Shown in pieces: positions 28,296 through 37,682 of a stretch of 64,000 nt of DNA (position 1 is the stretch's first letter; the number at the start of each line of letters is the position of its first letter). The notes under the pieces are model-generated. The model searched no databases, was not told the origin of the DNA, and was given only the letters and a program-made list of their open reading frames with translations. The position numbers were made by a program, and so were the translations under genes. The DNA comes from a virus (lineage: Duplodnaviria > Caudoviricetes): the IMG/VR virus record IMGVR_UViG_3300033073_000736, positions 19,484 to 83,483 of that record, one strand, 5' to 3'.

Positions 28296-30335
28296 TTAGT
28301 TGTACACACCCACTCCACCGAGCAATTTCTGAATATCTGGCACAAGAGCATTCCCCACAGCCCTGCCAAATTTCTCAGGGTCATTTTGCGCCCCTTCCAC
28401 CTTGCTTGCATCAATGTTAATGATGAGGGGGCTGTTTGTCATCATGTTGGGTGAATACCTTGGTTGCTGGATGGTTGGTTGTTTCTTGTATGGGTTGTTA
28501 GGGTCTGGATCAAAGGTAACATTATTGCCCACCCATTCCACACCCTTCACAATCTGACCAACAACCGGAAGATGTTCAGCCCCTTTTTTGGCAAAGTTAA
28601 AGGCGTCCTTGATAGTTATATTGCTAACATCTCTTTTCAATAACTCCCACCCAGTTAAAACCTCCATAATGAATGTATCCCACAAAATCATGGCATATTC
28701 AATATCAAGCTGCCACGCATGTACCCAATTATCTTCACCGTTTAAATAGTCTGCTACGGATTGGGCTACATATATAAGCCCACCAAGCAATCCAGTCAGT
28801 CTTGCAACAGCCGGGATTGCTGCCCACACTCCTCGTGTAAACCACATTAGCGAAGACGTGGCACCAGCCAATCCTTGCACTCTAAGCAGAGTCAACGCTG
28901 CTAATATCCCACCAGCACCAAAAAATCCGAGCAAGAAGAGTTTAATCGCCCTAGAGTTTTCAGCCATTACCTTGAACAACTCCTTCCATCCTTTAGCAAT
29001 GAGCAACAACCCTTTGAATAAGGGAGTGAACACTCCTACAAGTTTAGTAAGAGCGCCAAACATTTCTGTCAACAATTCATCCAATCCGCTTTCCATCATT
29101 ACTTGGGAAAACTCTCGCATTTTATTGTTGAAGCGTTCTTGTGCAGCAGCAGACATTTTTAATTGCTTTTGAAGTTCTGGGGATGCAGAGGCAAACGCTC
29201 CCATTGCTTCAAGAGCTTTAATGACGACATCAGCAGATACTTGCCCATTTTCCATTAGTTTGAACAAACCGGCTGTATTTGTTCCAGCGGCTTCCGCAAA
29301 ATACTGAATCACACCAGCAGCATGTTCACCTAACTGGCCGCGCAATTCTTCTGCGGTTACGCGTTGTTTATTGAACATCTGTTCAATAGCTTTGTTAGCC
29401 AGTCTAATCTTTTCAGCACTCATCCCCAACAAGCGGAAATAAGTTTGCGCACCCTTAAAACTCTTTTGAAGAACATCTGTATCAAACTGTTCCTTACCAG
29501 ACATGAACATCTTGGCGAAACTCTGACCTACATCAAGTACAGAAATACCGAGTTCGTCTGCTGTCTGTTTTACAAACTTTAAGTTCTTGTTAAAGGTTTC
29601 AGTATCACCGGAGATTGCTTTGAGCATATTCTCCATTGCCATCATTTCACGGCCAGTAGCAATCATTTCTTTGAGGGCGTAACCCACAGCAACCGCGTTA
29701 AACAGTCCCATACCAGTAGGAAGCATAGGGCGTAGCATTGCAGCAGGCCACGTTTTAGCAATTCCCGATGCCCTTCCCCAATATCCGATGTATTGGTTGC
29801 TATCCTCCCCACCACCCCCTCTAGGTCTACCAGCCCCTTCTCTACTGCCTCCGTATCCAGCACCAGTCTGACTGATAGCACTGGAAGGGACTTGACGAAA
29901 TCTACTAATACCGGCTGTAGCAGCTTTCAGCCTTTCAAAACTAGCAGACAGCAACATAATGGCTTGAGCATATTCAGCCACTTCATTCTTTCTGCCCTGA
30001 ATGGCTTGATGCAGTTTGAAGATGGAAGAAGCAAACCTGTCGGCCCATTGTTCGCTACGCTGAGACTGCTGACTTACAGCCATTTGCATATTGTTCAGGT
30101 GTGTAACGCTTTTCTCAATTCCATCCATCCATTTCGTAACACCTCTGGTGTCAGTCATTTTCTGGAATTGCTTGAATTGAGCCGTCAATCCTGTAAGTTG
30201 ATTCTTCAACTTCCCTGTCTGAACAGCAGCTTCTTTCAAATCTGTTTTGAGAGAGGCCATCTCCTTTCGGAACTCAGTCAGGCCATCCTTATCTACTTTA
30301 AATCCTACAGTAGCAAATAGCTTTGCCAGTTCCAT
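28296..30335 (-). CDS. tape measure protein
   Basis: L.FKVD..GL; QMFNKQRVTAEELRGQLGE tape-measure motif. Confidence 0.92.
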   Translation of the reverse strand: MELAKLFATVGFKVDKDGLTEFRKEMASLKTDLKEAAVQTGKLKNQLTGLTAQFKQFQKMTDTRGVTKWMDGIEKSVTHLNNMQMAVSQQSQRSEQWADRFASSIFKLHQAIQGRKNEVAEYAQAIMLLSASFERLKAATAGISRFRQVPSSAISQTGAGYGGSREGAGRPRGGGGEDSNQYIGYWGRASGIAKTWPAAMLRPMLPTGMGLFNAVAVGYALKEMIATGREMMAMENMLKAISGDTETFNKNLKFVKQTADELGISVLDVGQSFAKMFMSGKEQFDTDVLQKSFKGAQTYFRLLGMSAEKIRLANKAIEQMFNKQRVTAEELRGQLGEHAAGVIQYFAEAAGTNTAGLFKLMENGQVSADVVIKALEAMGAFASASPELQKQLKMSAAAQERFNNKMREFSQVMMESGLDELLTEMFGALTKLVGVFTPLFKGLLLIAKGWKELFKVMAENSRAIKLFLLGFFGAGGILAALTLLRVQGLAGATSSLMWFTRGVWAAIPAVARLTGLLGGLIYVAQSVADYLNGEDNWVHAWQLDIEYAMILWDTFIMEVLTGWELLKRDVSNITIKDAFNFAKKGAEHLPVVGQIVKGVEWVGNNVTFDPDPNNPYKKQPTIQQPRYSPNMMTNSPLIINIDASKVEGAQNDPEKFGRAVGNALVPDIQKLLGGVGVYN

Positions 30336-30350
30336 GCCTCTTCTCCTTTC

Positions 30351-30602
30351 TTATTGTTTTTGGCTCTTACGTCTGCTGTCATCTCTAAGGGCAGCATTGA
30401 CATCAAGCATTTCAAGCATGTCATAAAAATCGGGAAGAGAATATACAGTCTGCAATTCGTAATAACTACACAACTTTTCTTCAGCAGACAAGAGATTGAG
30501 GATGCGTACATCCACTGTAAACCTCTCTTCAATCTCTTTGTACAATCTCTTTGTGCCAGAATCCTGTTCTGACTCGCTAGGATTTAAGCCCCGATGTTTA
30601 AA
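30351..30602 (-). CDS. tail assembly chaperone, frameshifted (GT) extension
   Basis: -1 frame open from slippery T-TTA-AAC to ...KSQKQ*; no good RBS of its own. Confidence 0.65.
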   Translation of the reverse strand, partial: FKHRGLNPSESEQDSGTKRLYKEIEERFTVDVRILNLLSAEEKLCSYYELQTVYSLPDFYDMLEMLDVNAALRDDSRRKSQKQ

Positions 30603-30970
30603 CCTAGCTTTGAAAAAACATCAGCGAAGTTGGCTTTCAACACTTCCTTCACCAATTCAAACAGTGTCCCTGTACGTCCAGCAAACTCAAGGTCAAAGTT
30701 GATAGCGGAAGTTCCTTTGGTGACATTAGAGCCAACCAAGTCTTTAATCAGCGACACAACATCCACTTTATCCATTTGCTCAATCAGGGCATTGATGGCA
30801 GCGGTCAGCACCTTCTCGCCATCCCCATCCGTAGCAGCCGATTGCAATTCCATGAATGCAGGGCCAAGCAGTTTAATAAGGCGGGTTTCAATACCGAGTG
30901 CCTTGGTGGCAGGGAATTGAGAAATCTTGTAGTCCACGCCATCAACGTGGACATCAATCTGGTTAATCAT
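30584..30970 (-). CDS. tail assembly chaperone (G)
   Basis: Between tube paralogues and TMP; INFD.EFAG....LFEL..EVLK.NF.D.F. Confidence 0.8.
   Translation of the reverse strand: MINQIDVHVDGVDYKISQFPATKALGIETRLIKLLGPAFMELQSAATDGDGEKVLTAAINALIEQMDKVDVVSLIKDLVGSNVTKGTSAINFDLEFAGRTGTLFELVKEVLKANFADVFSKLGLNIGA
30596..30602 (-). promoter_or_regulatory. -1 programmed frameshift site U-UUA-AAC
   Basis: In correct phase four codons before the chaperone stop. Confidence 0.7.
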
Positions 30971-31011
30971 TCTTTATGCTTCCTGTTAATAGATTAAATC
31001 AGTAGACTTAA

Positions 31012-31443
31012 TCAATAGATTAAATCGGTGAGAGCAGTGAATTGAAGTGCATTGACAACAAAACTCCATTCTCGTTCGGTTGTATCATTTCCCAACACGA
31101 GGTCGGGAGCGGATAGGATGTATCCTGTAGAACTAATATTTGGTTTGGACGGTGAGCTATTGCTGCTCAACACTTCAACTCGAAAGAATGAGTTGGCATT
31201 TGCTTCGGACGAAGCGTAGAGATGTTGCAGCACGACATTGCTATCGCTTGTTTGCAACAGTTTGACATTGAGACGAAAGGGGTGAGGGAACGATTTGACT
31301 CTTGCAGAATAGACAGCATCTATTCCATCTATATTTTTGAAGCTATCATTTCCTCTGTTAACTCGGATTTCAACCACCCCTGTTAAGGAATAACCACCAA
31401 TCCTCACTTCATTTTCAGAAGGGTCATAAACTACAGAAGTCAT
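31012..31443 (-). CDS. tail tube-like virion protein
   Basis: YDPSE..V.IGG..L.G paralogue of tube. Confidence 0.72.
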   Translation of the reverse strand: MTSVVYDPSENEVRIGGYSLTGVVEIRVNRGNDSFKNIDGIDAVYSARVKSFPHPFRLNVKLLQTSDSNVVLQHLYASSEANANSFFRVEVLSSNSSPSKPNISSTGYILSAPDLVLGNDTTEREWSFVVNALQFTALTDLIY

Positions 31444-31979
31444 TACGACACACTCCTTACAATAGATTTTATTGCATTACTGCTGATTGACATTCCTGCT
31501 TGAATTGCTGAAAGGGCCGCAAGAGCCTCTGTAACAAATGTTGGGTCATCAGCATTGCCACCAATCAGACATTCAACATCGTTGCACATGAATGTCCATT
31601 GCCTTGTGGCAAGGGATTGCCCAAAATCCAATTCCGGCAAGGATTCAATCCACACATCCTTGGCAAAGAACATTGTGTTTCCACTATTGTCCTTGATAAT
31701 CAGTGGCAAGTATTGCACCAATTTGATGTTGTTTTCGTACAGCAGTTTTTGTACACCGTTCAGCAAGTCATTACTCTCGCTTGATTGTGCAAGAAATATC
31801 TCCACTTTCCATGTGCTATAACGTTGTTGTGTTATGGCAACAGTTCCATCCATTGCACGTTTGCTCGTATAGAGCGGATCAGTCCGACTGATACGAACAA
31901 CATTGTCAGAACTAAACCCACTAATGTTAACACCAGCAAATGTAATTCCGATATCACTAGGGGAATAGGTATACATCAA
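31443..31979 (-). CDS. tail tube-like virion protein (DUF3277-like)
   Basis: TYSPSD..I...G..I.GF..D. Confidence 0.75.
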   Translation of the reverse strand: MMYTYSPSDIGITFAGVNISGFSSDNVVRISRTDPLYTSKRAMDGTVAITQQRYSTWKVEIFLAQSSESNDLLNGVQKLLYENNIKLVQYLPLIIKDNSGNTMFFAKDVWIESLPELDFGQSLATRQWTFMCNDVECLIGGNADDPTFVTEALAALSAIQAGMSISSNAIKSIVRSVS

Positions 31980-31999
31980 TTCATTCCTCTTGAATTAAG

Positions 32000-32015
32000 A
32001 GGGCGTCCTTGCCCT
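32000..32015 (-). terminator. terminator/attenuator after tail tube gene
   Basis: AGGGC-AAGGAC-GCCCT then CTTAATT. Confidence 0.55.
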
Positions 32016-32037
32016 TTATTATTATTCCCTTGAGGCG

Positions 32038-32565
32038 TTATTGACGCCATTCAGCCGGGACAGTGCCACCAAGTTTCTCGATAGCAGCCACATCTTCCGG
32101 GCTAATCTTGCTATTACCACCGATGAAGTCTTCCATACGGGTGCAGTGAAAAACCCAATCACGGTTGTTCAGGCTATTACCGTATTGGCTGTTAGGCACA
32201 ACACCGATATACGCCTCTTGGGCAAACGCTACAGCACGACCAGAACCATCCTTCACAGTAAGGGTGAACAAGCCGTCGCTATTACGGCTGTCACGGTCAT
32301 TCTGGTACAGGTAGGACAGAATGTCGTTAGACGCACTGCCCTGACCGAGAGAGACAGTGACTTTGCCAGAGGTGTTATCCTTGAATACGCGAGTGGCGAT
32401 GTTATCAACACCAGTCACATGCTCGTAGGTTTCACTGTCACGTTCAACATTGATGTGACTATCTTCAGCATAGCCAGCAATCACATGAACCAAGCCAGTA
32501 GATTCCTGACTAATCACAACATTTACATCAGACGGAGAATACGTCGAAGTACGAGTAGAAGCCAT
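32038..32565 (-). CDS. tail tube protein (DUF3277-like)
   Basis: TYSPSDV.V; L.QGS.SND.L; R.W.F. Confidence 0.85.
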   Translation of the reverse strand: MASTRTSTYSPSDVNVVISQESTGLVHVIAGYAEDSHINVERDSETYEHVTGVDNIATRVFKDNTSGKVTVSLGQGSASNDILSYLYQNDRDSRNSDGLFTLTVKDGSGRAVAFAQEAYIGVVPNSQYGNSLNNRDWVFHCTRMEDFIGGNSKISPEDVAAIEKLGGTVPAEWRQ

Positions 32566-32580
32566 TTATTATTCTCCTTA

Positions 32581-33882
32581 TTAAGCGTACACAGTGCCAG
32601 CGATGGTGGTGTACATAATAGCACCAGCAAGACGGGCATTGAACGTAATGTCTGGCAGAACGCGAGTGGCACGAACAGCGGACGAAATATTCAGCACGTT
32701 CGGAACACTAATCACAGGGGCAGGAGCAGAATCCAATCCACCAACACTAATCCCTTCTGCAATAGCGCGACGGATTTCAGCTTCCAGAACAGCCGTACCC
32801 TTGCTGGTATAGCCAATCTTGCGAGTGTTCACTTGCTGGAACCAAATCCCTTCTTGGATACGCGCCTTCAGCCAGTCGGCGAAGATAATAACATCAATCC
32901 ATTCACCGACACTCACTTTCCCGCCAATCACGACATCAACACCGCCGATATTGGATTCATAAGTGGAGCCATTCTTGCCTTTGATATAATTCGCTTCAGC
33001 GGAAGTGAGAACATCAGCAACAATGCCAGAAAGCGTTTTATAGCACCAGTGCGTAGAGCCGGGTTGTTGAGCGCCAAAATAACCCACCCAAGCGCATTCA
33101 ATGAAGTTGGTGTCAGCAGAACCATTCCAGATATAGAAAGTGCGGTCATAATTCAGAGCCTTAATCTGACTGAAAATATCAGACGTAGACGAAGTTTTGA
33201 CAGCAGCGGCTTGGCTGGAGAACACATAGACTTTATCAAGAGTTTCGATAGCAGCGGCAATATCCAGAACGTCCGCATCAACATGCGACTCAGTTGACAG
33301 GATGTACCAACTATCATTCACCCCTTGAACAGCCGTAATCGTATCAGCCCATTCTTCAGTGACAGTGCCATTAGCCAGCGACAGATTAGCCGACAACCCC
33401 TTGATTGCATAGCCAGTGCCAGCAACAGTCGGAGAGATTGTAATTGTAGTTGTACCACCGACAGTGAGACCAGTCACGCCAGCAGTTACGATATCTGCAC
33501 GCAGCCCATCACAAATCTCAGTAGCAGTGGCGGAGCCATCAGACGTGAAGGTGATTGCTTCCCCCTCTAGATTGAACGAATATACGGCACTGTTAGCAAC
33601 AGTGGGGGTGATCACTACATCAGGAACATGTCGTCTACCAACAACAATCTTGTCCAGCCCTTGCTCTTGAGCAAAATATTTCTGAGCAGCTTTGTAAACA
33701 TTAGACGTGCTGGCAAAATCAACAGCCACTTCGGTAACGCTGTTATACTCCTTAGCACGTTCCGAGAACGCAACATGAGAAGCAATGAAGCAGGGAACGG
33801 CAAACGAAGCACGTTGCACTGCGGTAGTTTCACGACTAATCGTGATATCAATGATGTCATTAAGAACAGTCATGTTCTTCAT
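32581..33882 (-). CDS. tail sheath protein (DUF3383-like)
   Basis: I..ET.AV..ASF.VP; G.T.W.YKTL.G; G.WID.I...DWL.ARIQE. Confidence 0.9.
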   Translation of the reverse strand: MKNMTVLNDIIDITISRETTAVQRASFAVPCFIASHVAFSERAKEYNSVTEVAVDFASTSNVYKAAQKYFAQEQGLDKIVVGRRHVPDVVITPTVANSAVYSFNLEGEAITFTSDGSATATEICDGLRADIVTAGVTGLTVGGTTTITISPTVAGTGYAIKGLSANLSLANGTVTEEWADTITAVQGVNDSWYILSTESHVDADVLDIAAAIETLDKVYVFSSQAAAVKTSSTSDIFSQIKALNYDRTFYIWNGSADTNFIECAWVGYFGAQQPGSTHWCYKTLSGIVADVLTSAEANYIKGKNGSTYESNIGGVDVVIGGKVSVGEWIDVIIFADWLKARIQEGIWFQQVNTRKIGYTSKGTAVLEAEIRRAIAEGISVGGLDSAPAPVISVPNVLNISSAVRATRVLPDITFNARLAGAIMYTTIAGTVYA

Positions 33883-33888
33883 CTCTCC

Positions 33889-34464
33889 TTAGTAAGTTAT
33901 TGTAATTGGCAACGTACCGGCTACATTATTGGCTTGAGTAAGTGTTCCGTTAATGTTTCCATCATCAATGGAATCGAACGTCACGGTGAGATGTTTGTCG
34001 TAAGCCAGCGACACATCTATTGTGTAAAGCGAATAAATATCTGCTTCACGTTTCTGTTGGGAACGCCTCAAATCACCAACACGCAGTACACTCATTCCAT
34101 TGTCAGCAAACAATTGCCTGTAATAAATGCTTTGCATCTTGAGTTTGAAATCTTCCGCATAATTGGCAGCATTCGTATTACTGCCACCAGATGTCTTATC
34201 CTTACCAACAAATGTAAACCTTACAAGAGCCTCGTAAGGCTGACACACGATTGTCTGTCTTGTTGTTCCATTGACTGTCCCGCTTTCGCTACTCATACCC
34301 ACAGCATTCTCTGAAATCAGGAATATGCGGCAATAAGGAGAAGCAGGTTCAACACCATTCTGCATATCAAAGATGGTTGTGATACCAGATACAGTGGCAG
34401 TAAATGCTGTGTAGATGCTGTCTTCAATAGAAGTGAAATTACTGTTTGATACACTAGACATCAC
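33889..34464 (-). CDS. tail terminator/neck protein
   Basis: Position before sheath. Confidence 0.7.
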   Translation of the reverse strand: MMSSVSNSNFTSIEDSIYTAFTATVSGITTIFDMQNGVEPASPYCRIFLISENAVGMSSESGTVNGTTRQTIVCQPYEALVRFTFVGKDKTSGGSNTNAANYAEDFKLKMQSIYYRQLFADNGMSVLRVGDLRRSQQKREADIYSLYTIDVSLAYDKHLTVTFDSIDDGNINGTLTQANNVAGTLPITITY

Positions 34465-34832
34465 GCCACCTCTTTACGAACAGCAATGGCTTGATAACTG
34501 TCCAACACACCAAGATTGTACAGATTTACTTCACGGACTTCATACACATCACCATTCCATGTCACTTCGTCACCACGCTGCAACACACTTCCTTCCTTTG
34601 ATGTACGAAGCGATTGACTGATTCCGTCAGTGATGATGAAAATGGAATGTTTGCTTCTATCCCCCTCAGGAAGCAGTTTTGTCATCTTCCCAGAAGCGTT
34701 AGGTTGAATGTTGCATTTGATTGTGAATGTAGAATCTGCCCCGTCTAATGCTCTACCATTCACATAACTCATTGTACGTCTGGTGAATGTGTATGTTGCT
34801 TTACCAACTGAAAGAAACAATGGTGTTGTCAT
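34461..34832 (-). CDS. head closure protein
   Basis: I.CNIQP....LLPEG.R; D.V.W.G..YEV. Confidence 0.75.
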   Translation of the reverse strand: MTTPLFLSVGKATYTFTRRTMSYVNGRALDGADSTFTIKCNIQPNASGKMTKLLPEGDRSKHSIFIITDGISQSLRTSKEGSVLQRGDEVTWNGDVYEVREVNLYNLGVLDSYQAIAVRKEVA

Positions 34833-35371
34833 TTAATTTCCACCTCCTTCTTTCGTTGTCCGTAGGCATCATTATTAACAATCTTGGCTGTGATATTTTC
34901 GTACATGAAAGATGTGTCATGCAATATCATTGTCTCTGGTGATTTCTGTTCAAGTGTCAAAGCAGAGTTAGGCTCAAAATTCTGCTCGTCAATTGTTTCC
35001 TTGACACTCTCAACCAGCCACTTCCCCATTTCCACCATGTTCTTCTCTTGCTTTCCTTGCAAGATGTTGGCAAATACAGCAGGGGCGGATTGCCTTACAA
35101 ACCATTTAGCTTTGGCAAGAGACTGTGTGAAGAACGGGCGAGGAGGGGAATAATTCCCGTTAGGCAGCGTAAACCCGTTTTCATTCAACCAAGCCACGTG
35201 GGCAACACGTTGCCCACCTCTTCCGCGAGGGTCATCGGGTGGATAAACAGCTTCATTTACAAACCCGTATTCAATCTCTTTCTGATTCAAGTCTTGCAAG
35301 TGTTTCCACAAAGCATCCAAACCAGAATAATCCATCTTCACTTCATAGCCTAGTGCCTTACTTCCTGCCAT
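34829..35371 (-). CDS. tail completion/neck protein
   Basis: VA.VA..NE.G; PPRPFF; PNS.LT. Confidence 0.75.
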   Translation of the reverse strand: MAGSKALGYEVKMDYSGLDALWKHLQDLNQKEIEYGFVNEAVYPPDDPRGRGGQRVAHVAWLNENGFTLPNGNYSPPRPFFTQSLAKAKWFVRQSAPAVFANILQGKQEKNMVEMGKWLVESVKETIDEQNFEPNSALTLEQKSPETMILHDTSFMYENITAKIVNNDAYGQRKKEVEIK

Positions 35372-35373
35372 GA

Positions 35374-35835
35374 TTACAGTCCAGTAATGCTGGAATCAGT
35401 CCAGATTTCTTTTGTCAGATAAGATGGGGAACCACTGTCGTTTGTCACGCCCTTATAAATCTGTGTTGTTGGTGTGTCCGTATCAAGCATATTCGCTTCC
35501 ATGTCACTACGGCTAATTCCACCAGCGTAAGGGGTGAACTCAACATCGTAGATGGCTGGATTAGCTAAAGCAAGTTTAAGTGCTTGCATGTAGTTGTTGA
35601 ACGTATCCGCACCATAGACTTCAACTTGGTAGGCACGTTCACGGCGCATCTTGGCAAGAGAAAGCAGGATGATTGGCATCAATTCTCGTGCTGTACGCTT
35701 TTCATTACCACTGTTCTTATCGAGGTAGTATTGATATGTAGCATCATCAAGGAAAACCAATGTTGTATCAATATCACCACAAGCAAGCCTGACTCTATCC
35801 ACAGCACTTGTAGCCGGATTGCCTGTGTAGGCCAT
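35374..35835 (-). CDS. head-tail adaptor
   Basis: YTG.P....DRVRL..GD.D....L.D; PYAGGIS..D. Confidence 0.82.
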   Translation of the reverse strand: MAYTGNPATSAVDRVRLACGDIDTTLVFLDDATYQYYLDKNSGNEKRTARELMPIILLSLAKMRRERAYQVEVYGADTFNNYMQALKLALANPAIYDVEFTPYAGGISRSDMEANMLDTDTPTTQIYKGVTNDSGSPSYLTKEIWTDSSITGL

Positions 35836-35905
35836 TGCTATTCTCCTTTTGTTATTCTCGCTGTTCTATTGTTCAAATACACTTATTGAAATACACTTGA
35901 ACAAT

Positions 35906-35921
35906 AGCCCCCGAAGGGGCT
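35906..35921 (-). terminator. terminator after major capsid gene
   Basis: AGCCCC-TTCG-GGGGCT. Confidence 0.75.
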
Positions 35922-35937
35922 AAAGCTACTCGACGGG

Positions 35938-36972
35938 TTAGGTCGAGCTATACAGCCGTACGATAGCAGCCGGGCGCTTGGCAACAGCCAGCAGGTTCAT
36001 TTCCGAGCGGATGATGACAGAACCATCAATCGGGTCACGGTGAGTGAACAGGTAGCTTTCTTGACCGATGGTGTTCACATGCTGCATAGTACCAGCAGGC
36101 GAAGCGTACACACCGAAAGCATCCATCGTGCCACGCGGAACCAAACGTGCTTCGTTGGCAGTCATAAACGCAGTGCCACCGAAATCAGTACCGCGATATT
36201 CGATGAAACGCACACCACCATACTCAAACACACGAGTACCCATCGGCAGCGAAGAGTCCAGACGCTGACGCAGCGGCTCTTGAGTAGACGAGTAGTATGT
36301 GTATGCAGCTTGCACCTTAGCGTGCTTGATCAGGTTACTGAAGAAGCCCGGAGAGCAGAATGCGTCAAAGCCGGTAGACACTTCACCGCCTGCTTGCAGG
36401 TTGTCGATGATGTGGGCAATACCTTCTTCCACTTTACCCATGATGTCGGTGGTGGCAGTGCCAAACACGAAATCAATTTCCTTACGGGTGACACCGAACT
36501 CGGTGTAGAAGTTGGTAGAGATAGTGCCATTCGGGGAGTAGACAGTACCATCAGCCAGCAGTTGAGCAAAAGCCTTTTCCTTCAGTTGCATGTGCGACAT
36601 GCGGATACGCTCAATCTTACGAGCCAGAGCCAGAGCTTCTTGTTCCGGCTGGTCATTCGTGCCATAAGCAGAACGAGATTGAATGTCTTCCGGCTTCAGC
36701 ACATCGTCCAGCGGGAAGTGAGGAACGTTGAAGGAATACAGCTTACGCACATAGTCCTTGGAAACGTTGTTACGCTCACCACGAATACGGTCAACCATAA
36801 CAGCGCCGGACTTGGTGATTTGTTCCATACTCACAACCGGGGTGGTGACACCTTCGGTAGCCGGGAAAATACCCGATTGAGTGATAATGCCCCACTGATT
36901 CGGAATCAGATTGATTTCAGGGGTGCGGTCAATGATCTGAAAAGCGTCGGTGTACGACCTTACAATGGCCAT
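35938..36972 (-). CDS. major capsid protein (phage E-like family)
   Basis: F.VPHFP.DD...PEDIQ; TN.Y.EFG.TR; VCSPGFF..L; biased codon use. Confidence 0.95.
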   Translation of the reverse strand: MAIVRSYTDAFQIIDRTPEINLIPNQWGIITQSGIFPATEGVTTPVVSMEQITKSGAVMVDRIRGERNNVSKDYVRKLYSFNVPHFPLDDVLKPEDIQSRSAYGTNDQPEQEALALARKIERIRMSHMQLKEKAFAQLLADGTVYSPNGTISTNFYTEFGVTRKEIDFVFGTATTDIMGKVEEGIAHIIDNLQAGGEVSTGFDAFCSPGFFSNLIKHAKVQAAYTYYSSTQEPLRQRLDSSLPMGTRVFEYGGVRFIEYRGTDFGGTAFMTANEARLVPRGTMDAFGVYASPAGTMQHVNTIGQESYLFTHRDPIDGSVIIRSEMNLLAVAKRPAAIVRLYSST

Positions 36973-36975
36973 TGT

Positions 36976-37665
36976 TCAATTCTCCTTTGTGTTTTTATCA
37001 TAAAACTCTTGCCACTCTGGGCAAGTGTGTGGGTTCCAGCCGGTTTTTATCTTCTTGACAACGGCTGCATATGTCCAAGCAGCGACCTTAAAATGCAATG
37101 CGACTTTAACGTGTCCACAACTATGTTCAGTCACATAGTCATAAACTTTTACTGCATCTAACCAAACCTCTTTGGAAGATGCTGAATTGTTCCACGCAGT
37201 TTGCTTCTTTCTTAGTCTCAACTTTTGTTTAGTTTGCTCAGAGTGTTTTCTACCTTTGTTGCTGCCTCCACATCTTTTCGAAAGGGTGGGGTCTAGGATG
37301 TAAGCCATCTTTATAGACTCGCTCAATCTTTCTAATGTGGATTTACTGGTTTTAACATCTTGTCTGCCAAGATACCCTCCCTCGACCGTGTTATACCCTA
37401 TTCCGGGAGATGGTCGGAGTTTGTTCTCCACCTCAAGACAGTACCACAGTGGCGCAACTAATATCTCAGTACATATCAAGTCTTGGTGCTTCCTAATAGC
37501 CTTAGCTATAATAGTTTTAGCACCTTTCCTAGCTGCACTTTTGTGAGATGTCATCCTTTTGTGCAAAGAGTTTGTTGTGACACCTATATAGCCTTCCGTA
37601 AACATATCGGTGTGGTTGGGTCTTCTTATCCAGTAGACGCTGCACCTTTTGTTTAGATCAACCAT
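36976..37665 (-). mobile_element. free-standing GIY-YIG homing endonuclease with NUMOD3-like motif
   Basis: VYWI...GYIGVT..R..H, E...I..GYN, KGRKHSEQTKQK; no intron core found around it. Confidence 0.82.
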
Positions 37666-37682
37666 ATAGGTACACCTTGTTA

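Noticed and set aside
32041-33297. 418-aa + strand ORF
   Set aside because: Antisense shadow of the sheath/tube genes; no RBS or recognisable motifs, and - strand codon bias explains the lack of stops
36040-37161. 373-aa + strand ORF (and 37677-38411)
   Set aside because: Antisense shadows of the highly biased capsid and decoration genes
36976-37665. GIY-YIG gene as part of a third intron
   Set aside because: Both flanking genes are complete, spacers are under 20 nt, and no P7/R/S elements are present
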